A stretch of 64,000 nt of DNA from Tenericutes bacterium ADurb.Bin239 (lineage in GTDB: Bacteria > Bacillota_I > Bacilli_A > RFN20 > CAG-826): the NCBI GenBank assembly GCA_002069815.1, contig MWCB01000001.1, positions 1,786 through 65,785 of the forward strand. Direction: 5' to 3'. Of the stretch, positions 47,448 through 56,365 are shown in pieces. The first letter of the stretch is position 1; every line of letters begins with the position of its first letter. The position numbers and the translations under genes are program-made. A model generated the notes under the pieces. That model searched no databases. It was given only the letters and a program-made list of their open reading frames with translations, and was not told where the DNA came from.

Positions 47448-48090
47448 TATAGTTCACATTGCTTTCTTTGTTGCCTTTTCTTTCTCAGCGGTTACTCTTG
47501 TTTTTCAGTTATCGCTTTACCGCTATAAACAAGATCGGAAATATTCATTTCGAAATGAATTACCATTTGAATTAGTCCAAGGGACAGATGTAAAGTTTAC
47601 TAACTATCATTACATCTTGCTTTTTATTGTGGCGCTGGCCCAAATACTATTTGCTTTTAATTATCTATCACAAATTTATTCATGGTATGAATATTTACTA
47701 GTGGGCAGTCTTGCTTTAAGTGCCATTATGTTTTATCTTTTATTCTTTGTTAAAGTTTTTGAGATAAAGAAGCATATTATCGTCGTAATTTTACAAACGC
47801 TTGCGGTTGTGACCAGTTATTTTGCTTTTGGCCTATTTGCCCATATTAGTCCATTTGGAAAGCAAAATATCGTATTTGGTATTATCGGTTATGTAATTGC
47901 TGCTCTTAGTTTATTAACATTATTAAATCCGCGTTTAAGACGATGGCCAATTATGGATAAAAGAGTACAGCAAGATGGAACGATTTTGATTTTACGTCCG
48001 AAATACTTTATGCTTGCTCTTTATGAATGGGGTTTTATCGCTTTGCAGTTTTTGCTGATGATTATAATGTACGTCTATCTTTATATTTAG
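47440..48090 (+). CDS. Polytopic membrane protein, unknown function
   Basis: 216 aa with about 6 TM helices and an 8-nt overlap with rpe. Occupies the slot where thiN usually follows rpe. Confidence 0.55.
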   Translation: MNNIVHIAFFVAFSFSAVTLVFQLSLYRYKQDRKYSFRNELPFELVQGTDVKFTNYHYILLFIVALAQILFAFNYLSQIYSWYEYLLVGSLALSAIMFYLLFFVKVFEIKKHIIVVILQTLAVVTSYFAFGLFAHISPFGKQNIVFGIIGYVIAALSLLTLLNPRLRRWPIMDKRVQQDGTILILRPKYFMLALYEWGFIALQFLLMIIMYVYLYI

Positions 48091-48107
48091 GGAAGGGATG
48101 AAAAACA

Positions 48108-48140
48108 TAAAAAAAACTCACACTCGTGTGAGCTTTTTTA
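48108..48140. terminator. Bidirectional rho-independent terminator between convergent genes
   Basis: AAAAAA-CTCACA-CTCG-TGTGAG-CTTTTTT. There are A/T tracts on both sides, so it serves both the + strand membrane gene and the - strand rpmB. Confidence 0.75.
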
Positions 48141-48329
48141 TACCTTAGCGGACTTATTAAGTGAGCGATATGCTCGTGCCGACATCCGGACGGTTTGGAC
48201 GCGGCCATCAACTTCAACTTTGTAATTTTGTAAGTTTACGCCCCAGCGCCGTCTCGTTGCGCGAAGTGAGTGACTGCGTTTATTGCCACTTAAGGGTCCT
48301 TTGCCAGATACTGGACAATGTCTAGCCAT
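48138..48329 (-). CDS. rpmB: 50S ribosomal protein L28
   Basis: 63 aa, MARHCPVSGKGPLSGNKRSHSLRATRRRW... Confidence 0.95.
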   Translation of the reverse strand: MARHCPVSGKGPLSGNKRSHSLRATRRRWGVNLQNYKVEVDGRVQTVRMSARAYRSLNKSAKV

Positions 48330-48414
48330 AATTTTTCCTCCCCATTCAATAAATGCTACATTAAGATAACATTTATGTTATAAATTTGCAAATAGAAATG
48401 AATATTTTTGTGTT

Positions 48415-48864
48415 TTAGAACTTAATTTTGGGAAATCTTCGATGAAGTTCATCTTTATCCACGAGATTAGTGCACCGTTCAAGCATCGCCTCGTATACAA
48501 GTTTTTTAGGGTCATGCGCTAAATAACGTTCATCCCCAATCCGGGTGACGAAGCGCATACTTAATTTTTTACTAGAATACACTTCGTCAATATAAATGAT
48601 GTCATCAAATTTGTAATAGAGAATATTGCCACCTTTGTGGTGAACGATTTCGTGCTTTGTAAGTTCGTAATAACTATTCTTATAACCAAACACTAAGTAA
48701 ATAGCGGTAACAACACTCCATCCGATGATGACGAGATAATGATTTAAGGTTGGCGGAAACTTAATTCCGACGATAAGGTAAAAAATAATACTCATTAACA
48801 AGTAGATTGGTAGGTAGATGAGGAGGAGTCCTTTAAAACTAGTGTATATTTTTTTATTTTTCAT
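48415..48864 (-). CDS. Small 2-TM membrane protein with a C-terminal bacterial PH-like (bPH/YdbS-YdbT-like) domain, tentative
   Basis: 149 aa with two adjacent TM helices, then YYELTKHEIVHHKGGNILYYKFDDIIYID, a beta-rich PH-like pattern. ATGA overlap with the upstream 357 aa gene. Confidence 0.55.
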   Translation of the reverse strand: MKNKKIYTSFKGLLLIYLPIYLLMSIIFYLIVGIKFPPTLNHYLVIIGWSVVTAIYLVFGYKNSYYELTKHEIVHHKGGNILYYKFDDIIYIDEVYSSKKLSMRFVTRIGDERYLAHDPKKLVYEAMLERCTNLVDKDELHRRFPKIKF

Positions 48865-49934
48865 GTTGTTTGGATTTTCGCACTAAAATCGATAAAACGC
48901 CCATTAAAGTTTTTGACTTCGGTGCGCACTCCTTGTTCTAATTTTTTGGCATCCGCGAGGTCATTAGTGAATAAGTCACTAATATAGACACGGACCGCTT
49001 CATAAAGTTTGAAATATAAAGTTAGTAAGTATTTTTCAAAATCAATTTCAAGTTTTAAGTCGTCGGGACTTATTAAGTATTCATGAACGAAAAGAGAGGC
49101 AAAGGCGTAATGCGGATATAAGTCGCCCATATTGACCAGTTCAAGAAGTGTCTTCAAGGTGTAGTCTTCATCTTTTTTAATAAGTTCACCTGCCCAACCA
49201 ATGCGTTCGGCGATATAATCAGGTACTCCCCTTTTTCCTAAATGCTGTCTTGTTTCTTTTGATTTATCTTTTTGGACTTGGCGACTAGCGTCTTTGACCT
49301 TGACCCGCATAAGCGCTAAGTTTCGTCTTTCACTAAATTTACCAACGAGATGCTCGTTTTTGTATAAGATTAATAAAGTAGTAGTCGTTTCGAGTAAACT
49401 GCGCCAAATAATAAAGGAGTCATTATAAAACTCGCGCTCAAGGAGCATTATGCCCGACACTAATTCTTGGAAGAAGCGGTCCGTTAAGTTATAGAGTGTT
49501 TTTTGTGGATCTTTAAACTTACTAGCGTCAACTCCCTTAAACTTTTGATAGCGGCGATCAATTAAATTTTCAAAATTAAAGATAATCGGATCAACGTATT
49601 CATCACGCGTAAATGTATGATTAGGATTTTGTTTGGCTTCCTCAGCCTTAATTACGTCTTTAATAATCTTATCGATATGTTGACTATTTTTAAAATATGT
49701 TCGCTGATACTCAATACTATTGTTTTTAATCGTGCGACTATGCCTTTTAATAATGATCTCCGCGAAAACTTCAAAGGACCGAGCGCGAATCCCGAAGGTC
49801 TTCCGATATTCAGGATAAGCATTTTTAATGGCGGTTCTAAAATAGTTAAGCTTTTCTTTCGTATTTGGCGAAATATGGATATCATCACTTAAAAGGCTAG
49901 CAACTGTGTTTTGACTGAGTTCATAATTTGCCAT
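48861..49934 (-). CDS. Hypothetical all-alpha protein, paralog of 32556-33644
   Basis: 357 aa. FYNDSFIIWRSLLETTTTLLILY and YAFASLFVHEY blocks match FEKEAFATWRSLHELEATLLLIQ and YKLASEVTHSS of the addA-coupled protein. Divergent from the SMC-like operon. Confidence 0.6.
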   Translation of the reverse strand: MANYELSQNTVASLLSDDIHISPNTKEKLNYFRTAIKNAYPEYRKTFGIRARSFEVFAEIIIKRHSRTIKNNSIEYQRTYFKNSQHIDKIIKDVIKAEEAKQNPNHTFTRDEYVDPIIFNFENLIDRRYQKFKGVDASKFKDPQKTLYNLTDRFFQELVSGIMLLEREFYNDSFIIWRSLLETTTTLLILYKNEHLVGKFSERRNLALMRVKVKDASRQVQKDKSKETRQHLGKRGVPDYIAERIGWAGELIKKDEDYTLKTLLELVNMGDLYPHYAFASLFVHEYLISPDDLKLEIDFEKYLLTLYFKLYEAVRVYISDLFTNDLADAKKLEQGVRTEVKNFNGRFIDFSAKIQTT

Positions 49935-50060
49935 AAGTTACCGCCTTTCTTTTTAAAATATAAATAAAACTAAATATTTCACTTTTATTATACAAGTTTG
50001 ATACCATTTCCCTTTTTTATATGATAATATAAAACATATAAATGAAGGAGATTATTTTTT

Positions 50061-51476
50061 TTGAGCCTATTTACAATCATTCCCAGTAACTTCTTCTCGA
50101 TCCTCGCGAGCAAAAATAAAGAAATATATGCCGAAGCGCTTCTTTTATTGCACCATTCTATTGAAGATAATGAATTGCTCATTAAGAAGCGTGATTTTAC
50201 TCGTAACCTGCGTGATCGTCTTAACGAGTTAGCGCTTAATGTTGATATGGAAGCGGAAGAAGAAGGAGATGACGATGAAATCGTTAATTATAGCGATAAA
50301 GCGGCTTTTATCGTACGTCGGTTAGAAGAGTGTGGCTGGATTGACGTCGAAGTTAATCCTGACAACTTTGAAGAATATATTGCCCTTCCAAGTTATAGTA
50401 TTAATGTTATCTCGCTTTTAAACGAGTTAGTTAAGGAAAGCACCGCTGAATACGTATCACTTGTTCATGCGACTTATAGTGAACTTAAATTAGAAGATGA
50501 AATGCGGGATGAATTTATGTACGCTACCTTAGTGCGGGCTTTTGAAAATACCAAACGCCTTAATGTTGAATTAATTATGCTGGCCCATAGTATTCGTATT
50601 TTCCAAAATAGACTTGGCAAAGTCTTCAGTACGAATAATATTTTAAGTGACTATTTCGATATATACAAAACACGTGTTAGTGACCGCTATTATCACCCGT
50701 TAAAGACGTTTGATAGTGTTGCTAAATTTAAACGTCCTATTTTACAAATATTACAAAAATGGCTCTATGAAGAAGATATTCGTCAGCAACTAGTGGCGCA
50801 GTCATTAATGTGGAGCCGCAATAAAAACGCGAAAGAAGCTGAAGCTGACATTATTAATAAAATTAACTACATCACTGATATGTATGAACGAGTTAATGAG
50901 ACGATTGGGCAAATTGACCAAAAGCACTACGAATATACGAAAGCGAGTGCTTCAAAGATTCTTTATTTAAATGCGGCGGATAAATCAATTAAAGGACACT
51001 TAGATTTTATCTTCAAGACTTATGCCGAAACTTTAAGTAAAGGCGAAAGTGTGGCGCCAATCTTAAATGGTATTAATCAGACGATAACATTTGCGCAACA
51101 TGGTTATGTTACCCCTGATTCATTAACGCTACCCATCATCCGGCAACTGCGCGGTGAGAGCATTCCAATGTCACTTACCGACTTTGATGATGTCCGCGAT
51201 ATGTTAATGCAAGGCTTTCTTGATGAAACGAGTAATCAATTTTCTAATGATGCCATCTTTGATTTTATGGATTTCGCCTTTGGCGATGAAAGTGAAGTGC
51301 ATATCAGTGATATTCCTTTGCCTAGCTTTGATGCCTTCTTACTTTTAATCCTCGCCACGATTAAAACAAACGATGAAGAATGTTTTTATATCGTTGAAAC
51401 TGATCCTGGGAATGTGAGTAGCCATGGATACCGTTTACCAAATTTACGATTTGTACGAAAGGAGTTAACCTTATAA
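50061..51476 (+). CDS. jetA: JetA/MksF-like (kleisin-type) subunit of an SMC-like complex
   Basis: 471 aa with a TTG start 10 nt after an AAGGAG RBS. Mostly helical with an acidic insert. The call rests on size and on being first in a 471/212/1124 aa operon with kleisin-KITE-SMC order. Confidence 0.5.
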   Translation: MSLFTIIPSNFFSILASKNKEIYAEALLLLHHSIEDNELLIKKRDFTRNLRDRLNELALNVDMEAEEEGDDDEIVNYSDKAAFIVRRLEECGWIDVEVNPDNFEEYIALPSYSINVISLLNELVKESTAEYVSLVHATYSELKLEDEMRDEFMYATLVRAFENTKRLNVELIMLAHSIRIFQNRLGKVFSTNNILSDYFDIYKTRVSDRYYHPLKTFDSVAKFKRPILQILQKWLYEEDIRQQLVAQSLMWSRNKNAKEAEADIINKINYITDMYERVNETIGQIDQKHYEYTKASASKILYLNAADKSIKGHLDFIFKTYAETLSKGESVAPILNGINQTITFAQHGYVTPDSLTLPIIRQLRGESIPMSLTDFDDVRDMLMQGFLDETSNQFSNDAIFDFMDFAFGDESEVHISDIPLPSFDAFLLLILATIKTNDEECFYIVETDPGNVSSHGYRLPNLRFVRKELTL

Positions 51477-51477
51477 T

Positions 51478-52116
51478 ATGTTTGAAGAAACCTTTTTACA
51501 ATTAACACGAGCTGATCAAGAAGCATTTGCAAGAGCGATTAATCAACTCTTGCTTACGAGTTTTATTGTTCGTGATGATTTTGATCGCCGGGAAAAAACA
51601 ATTAAAATTAACCCCACCTATCGCTTTATCGAACGTCATTTTGACTTAATTAATGACTATTTAAGTTATGCGGGATGGCGGGTTGATAAAGATTTAATTC
51701 TTGGGGTTTTTAGTCTTGTTAATGAATATGACCATAATCGATTACGATTTGACCGCGAAGTTAGTCTCGTTCTTTTTGTCTTACGTTTAATTTATGAAGA
51801 AGAACGGAAAGAAGGAGGGCATGTAGGTGATTCGGTTTACCTCACAACGCCGCTTGTTATGAAAGTAATGCATGACCGCGGGATTGGTTTCCCAAATAAA
51901 CGTTTAAGTGGACGCTTAATTGGCCGCTGTTTGAAGGAAATTGCGTCACACAATATCATTGCAAGAGTATCAGGAAGTTATGATGAAGGTAACGTGACAT
52001 TTTACTTACTACCATCAATTACTTTTGCCGTTGATAATGATAAAATCGTTGCAATTAGCGAAGCCTTAGAAAAACTTGCCTTACGTGATGCTGAGGCGCA
52101 AGGTGGTGAATTATGA
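51478..52116 (+). CDS. jetB: JetB/MksE-like (KITE, DUF4194-like) subunit
   Basis: 212 aa, starting 1 nt after the upstream stop. Size and pattern (FIERHFDLINDYLSYAGWRVDKDLILGVFSL, then LSLVLFVLRLIYEEE) fit MukE/MksE/JetB-type tandem winged-helix proteins. Confidence 0.55.
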   Translation: MFEETFLQLTRADQEAFARAINQLLLTSFIVRDDFDRREKTIKINPTYRFIERHFDLINDYLSYAGWRVDKDLILGVFSLVNEYDHNRLRFDREVSLVLFVLRLIYEEERKEGGHVGDSVYLTTPLVMKVMHDRGIGFPNKRLSGRLIGRCLKEIASHNIIARVSGSYDEGNVTFYLLPSITFAVDNDKIVAISEALEKLALRDAEAQGGEL

Positions 52117-55100
52117 AACTATTAAAGACTGTTAAAATCATTAATTGGCACTATTTTTGGAATCAGACGATGAATATTGAAAAGATCGTCTTCTTAACGG
52201 GGGTAAACGCTAGTGGAAAGTCCACGTTAATTGACGCCATGCAAGTCGTTCTCCTCGGTGATACATCGGGTCGCTACTTTAATAAAGCTGCGGCGGAAAA
52301 ATCAAACCGTACGCTCCGCGGCTATCTTCGCGGGGAATTAGGCGACTCACTTGAAGGTGGTTTCCACTATTTACGGAATGGTCGCTTTACTTCTTACATC
52401 GTTTTAGAGTTTTATGATGATGTGCATGACGAATACTTTAATTTAGGAATCGTGTTTGATGTGTTTGATGATGGAGGGGTCGATCACCGTTTCTTTATGC
52501 TTGATGCCCCGATGCCGGCGAATGAATTTATCGTTGATAACGTTCCGCTTGAATATAAAGATTTAAACCAATATTTACAAACCCACTATCCGAATAAATT
52601 TAAGTTTTATGACACAAATCGACAATATCAAGATGCTTTAAAACGTAAACTTGGTAATTTAAAGGATAAATACTTCAGTTTGCTGAAGAAAGCCGTCAGT
52701 TTCTCGCCGATTACTGATATTACAACCTTTATTACTGAATATGTGACTGAATCACAAGGAGCAATTGATATTGCGCCAATGCAAGAGAATATTCTTCAAT
52801 ACAAAAAGTTAGAAGATGAAGCCGCTCTTATGCGCTATAAAGTGGAACGCTTACATGAAATTGCTAAAAACTATGAAGTATATAAAGGACATAAGGAGCA
52901 ACTTACTCTTTTTGAATATGTTTTAGAAAAAGCAACCTTACAAAATGACTTAAATAGATTAGCGACTTATGATAATCAATATCTTGGTTACCAAAAACGC
53001 TTAACCGATATTGAAAGTGAACTAGCCGACTTAGATGTTGATTTAGCCGAACTCAATAAACGACGGGTGAAATTAATTCAAGATAGTTCGACCAATGATA
53101 CATATCGAATAACCGATGAAATTAATGAACATAAAAAAGTCGCCGAAGAAAAAATTAGAAGTCTTAAGTTTCTTAATATGCAAGTGCGAAGCGACTTAGA
53201 AAACTATGTTTTAACCTTTGACCGGCTCGCTAATGAAGTCTTAGAAAAGGTTACTGCCATGGATGAAAAACGGTTAAAGAAGGACGGACTTTTCGCTCGT
53301 GAAGAACTACTAGAAAGCGCCGAAAACATCGTAAAAGAAAATCATCGGATTACGGCGGTCCTTAACAAAGATATTAATGAATTAAGCGAAGCAATGCTTA
53401 ATGACTGGCGCAATGCGCAAGCGAAGTTTAAACAAAACTTAGGGGCTTTCACTTTGAGTCTTGGACGCTTAATTAATGACTACCAAGTAAATGAAGCCAT
53501 TCTTAAACAACAAGAAATTGATTTACGCGGTGGCGGTAAACCCTATGAATATAATCTCCTGCAAGTAAGAAATGAACTTCAAAATAAATTATCAGCGAAA
53601 CATGGCTATAAAGTGGAAGTGAGTATCTTCAGTGACTTAATTGATATTCGCGATCAAAAATGGACCAATGCGATTGAAGGTTACCTTGGTGGTCAACGCT
53701 TCCATCTCTTTGTCGAAGGTCAATATTTCCTAGATGCTTATGACATTTTGAAAGATTTATTACAACAATATAATTATTACGGCACAAATTTGGTTGATGT
53801 CGATCAAATTATTGAACGGCGGTTTAGCGCTATGCCTAATTCCATCGCCGAAGAAATTCTTACGGACCATATCGGCGCCCGGGCTTACGCTGATTTCTTA
53901 CTAGGAAGATTACAAAAGTGTAATACTATTCAAGAAGCGCGAAATAGTGGAAACGGGATTACCCCAGACACTGATTTATATCGTAACTTCACGTTTGGGC
54001 GTATTAATCCTCGTCTCTACCAACAAAAATACATCGGTCGTCAGATTGAAGAAGCGGATATTAATGCGAAAAAAGCTGAACTAGCGGCGCACGGTGCAAC
54101 CCTTCGTTCTTATCAAGAACTCTTGCAAGTGCTCTTACCGGGAAATGATGTTGAAATTGTAAACACGAATGAAATCGCTGCCCTTGGTAGCCAAGTTAAA
54201 CGGATTCAAGAATTACCAAGTCTTGAACAAAGCATTGAATTTTATGAAGAAGAACTCGGTCGGCACGACTTAACTTTGATTGAAGGTATCCATCGCCGCA
54301 TTAACTTAGTCGAAACTGATATTAAAGGGATTGAAAATCAAAAAGCAGGTCTCGTCGAAGAACGCGGGAAGATCTCAACGAACATGCAAATTTTAAAGAA
54401 TGAACGGATGCCCGAAACAAAACAAATTATTCAAGAACGACAAACTAAGCTTGATGAAAGTTATGATGCCTTCTTTATCAGTGATGTCGCCGAGCCTTTC
54501 TTCCAAAATCTAATTGCCGAAGGAAAGAATCCGCTTGATATTAACGCTGAGTACCGGCAAGCATTTAGTAACGCTCTCTATCTTTCTAATAGTGTATTTA
54601 ACCAAGTAAAGAAATTACGGAAAGAGTATGTCGTTGATTATCGCTTAACTTATGACGTTGAAACCGAGCATAACGATGATTTTGCGATGGAATTAAATGA
54701 TCTTTTAGAAGTTAAACTTCCCGAATATGAAGAAAAGATTAATGATGCTTATCGTAAAGCCGTCAAACAATTTAAAGATGACTTCATCTCGAAATTACGG
54801 AGCGCGATTGAAACAGTGGAAGATCAAATTGCCGAACTTAACGAAGCGCTTAGTATGTCAACATTTGGGGAAGACTCGTATCAATTTACCGTTAAACCAA
54901 GTACTATTTATCGGGTTTATTACGATATGATTAAAGATGATTTATTACTGAAAGTAACGGATGACGATAGCGAATTCTTCCAAAAATATGATGATGTTAT
55001 GAAGGATTTATTTGCGCAAATCGTGTTAGCAGGTGATGGCGATAAAAATGCAGCGGTACTCGCTAATGTTGAAAAATTCACCGACTATCGGAACTACTTA

Positions 55101-55487
55101 GAGTTTGACCTAATTGTCCGTAATAAAGATGGTCGTGAACAACGACTTTCACGCGTGCTAATGAAGAAGTCTGGTGGTGAAACCCAAACTCCATTCTACA
55201 TTAGTGTCCTTGCTAGTTTTGCTTATCTCTACCGCGTTAATGAACCCGGCGAACTTAGTAATAGTGCCCGTCTAATTATTTTTGACGAAGCCTTTAGTAA
55301 GATGGATAGTGGGCGGATTAAAGAATCAATTCGCTTATTACGCCGCTTTGGTTTACAAGCAATTATTAGTGCCCCAAGTGATAAAGTCGCGGATATTAGT
55401 CCGCTAGTTGATGAAACGCTAGTTGTCTTACGGGGTAAGAATCACAGTCATGTTCAACTATTTGCCCGCGAAGAGGATTTAACATAA
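52113..55487 (+). CDS. jetC: JetC/MksB-like SMC-family ATPase
   Basis: 1124 aa. N-terminal IINWHYF...LTGVNASGKSTLIDAM (Walker A), about 750 aa of coiled-coil-like sequence, and C-terminal KKSGGETQTPFYISVLASF (signature) plus LIIFDEAFSKMD (Walker B/D-loop). Confidence 0.7.
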   Translation: MKLLKTVKIINWHYFWNQTMNIEKIVFLTGVNASGKSTLIDAMQVVLLGDTSGRYFNKAAAEKSNRTLRGYLRGELGDSLEGGFHYLRNGRFTSYIVLEFYDDVHDEYFNLGIVFDVFDDGGVDHRFFMLDAPMPANEFIVDNVPLEYKDLNQYLQTHYPNKFKFYDTNRQYQDALKRKLGNLKDKYFSLLKKAVSFSPITDITTFITEYVTESQGAIDIAPMQENILQYKKLEDEAALMRYKVERLHEIAKNYEVYKGHKEQLTLFEYVLEKATLQNDLNRLATYDNQYLGYQKRLTDIESELADLDVDLAELNKRRVKLIQDSSTNDTYRITDEINEHKKVAEEKIRSLKFLNMQVRSDLENYVLTFDRLANEVLEKVTAMDEKRLKKDGLFAREELLESAENIVKENHRITAVLNKDINELSEAMLNDWRNAQAKFKQNLGAFTLSLGRLINDYQVNEAILKQQEIDLRGGGKPYEYNLLQVRNELQNKLSAKHGYKVEVSIFSDLIDIRDQKWTNAIEGYLGGQRFHLFVEGQYFLDAYDILKDLLQQYNYYGTNLVDVDQIIERRFSAMPNSIAEEILTDHIGARAYADFLLGRLQKCNTIQEARNSGNGITPDTDLYRNFTFGRINPRLYQQKYIGRQIEEADINAKKAELAAHGATLRSYQELLQVLLPGNDVEIVNTNEIAALGSQVKRIQELPSLEQSIEFYEEELGRHDLTLIEGIHRRINLVETDIKGIENQKAGLVEERGKISTNMQILKNERMPETKQIIQERQTKLDESYDAFFISDVAEPFFQNLIAEGKNPLDINAEYRQAFSNALYLSNSVFNQVKKLRKEYVVDYRLTYDVETEHNDDFAMELNDLLEVKLPEYEEKINDAYRKAVKQFKDDFISKLRSAIETVEDQIAELNEALSMSTFGEDSYQFTVKPSTIYRVYYDMIKDDLLLKVTDDDSEFFQKYDDVMKDLFAQIVLAGDGDKNAAVLANVEKFTDYRNYLEFDLIVRNKDGREQRLSRVLMKKSGGETQTPFYISVLASFAYLYRVNEPGELSNSARLIIFDEAFSKMDSGRIKESIRLLRRFGLQAIISAPSDKVADISPLVDETLVVLRGKNHSHVQLFAREEDLT

Positions 55488-55506
55488 GGCTAACGAAAGG
55501 AGAAGT

Positions 55507-56364
55507 ATGGAATTAAAGTTTATTGACGGAATAAGAGCCTATCATGTGCGCTTATCCCGGCGCTATACGCTGGAAGCTATTATCTCCATCTTTGTTTTGT
55601 TCGCCCTAAGCCTAACCCTTATCGTCCTTGAATTATTTACTGAAATAGATTTAAAAGTTCCTTTTTATCGTCTTTTTATTTGGATTACACTTTATGTAGG
55701 ACTCTTTTTATTCATCGTAATATATTTCCCGCTTCGTTATCAAAAGTTACAAAATGCCCTTAACGCCGAATTTTTTAAACGGGCAAGTGCCGTAAAAATT
55801 GATTTAATTCCTAATCCCTTGGGGGGCACAAAGTTTGATTACAACTCGCTTTTAAAAGCGGCAGGTATAAGCGTGCCCCTAACGGGAATAAAAACGATTG
55901 CGCGCTATGAATTTACGAAACGATTATTTCATGTCTTATATTTTAATGATGGGGAAAAAGAGAGTGCTATTATTCATTTACCGATGAAAGAATCACCGTA
56001 CTATTTACAAATTAATAATGGTAATTTTGCTCCGCCTGAACAATATGAAGGGACCCCGATTGTAAAGATTGCGTATGTATCGCCTTACAATCTTCAATAT
56101 TACGCCACAAGTAGCGCCACAAATGCTAAAATATATTTAAGAAAAGAAATTGAAACGCGCTTTGTTAAATTTTTAAAAATTTACGATGCGAAATATCAAT
56201 ATGTGGCGACCTACACTGATGAATTCTTAAAAGTGGAAGGTCTATCATCACCTTTGCGACTTCGACTAGGGGGTCGCTATAATAATGAACGTTACGCTAG
56301 ACGCTTAGCAAGTTTACGCTTGTTACAATCGCTTATGTTAGCGATGCTTGAAAGGGGGAAGTAA
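55507..56364 (+). CDS. 2-TM membrane protein of unknown function, occupying the fourth position of the SMC-like operon
   Basis: 285 aa with a GGAG RBS 19 nt after the jetC-like stop. Two TM helices (about residues 25-45 and 55-78) are followed by a ~200 aa soluble domain. No Toprim or nuclease motif seen. Confidence 0.6.
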   Translation: MELKFIDGIRAYHVRLSRRYTLEAIISIFVLFALSLTLIVLELFTEIDLKVPFYRLFIWITLYVGLFLFIVIYFPLRYQKLQNALNAEFFKRASAVKIDLIPNPLGGTKFDYNSLLKAAGISVPLTGIKTIARYEFTKRLFHVLYFNDGEKESAIIHLPMKESPYYLQINNGNFAPPEQYEGTPIVKIAYVSPYNLQYYATSSATNAKIYLRKEIETRFVKFLKIYDAKYQYVATYTDEFLKVEGLSSPLRLRLGGRYNNERYARRLASLRLLQSLMLAMLERGK

Positions 56365-56365
56365 G

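Noticed and set aside
55507-56364. Considered whether the 285 aa ORF after the SMC-like ATPase is a divergent JetD/MksG.
   Set aside because: It is too short. It has two TM helices, and I could see no Toprim-like acidic (E...DxD) pattern or N-terminal DUF3322-like region. It is treated as an unknown membrane protein.
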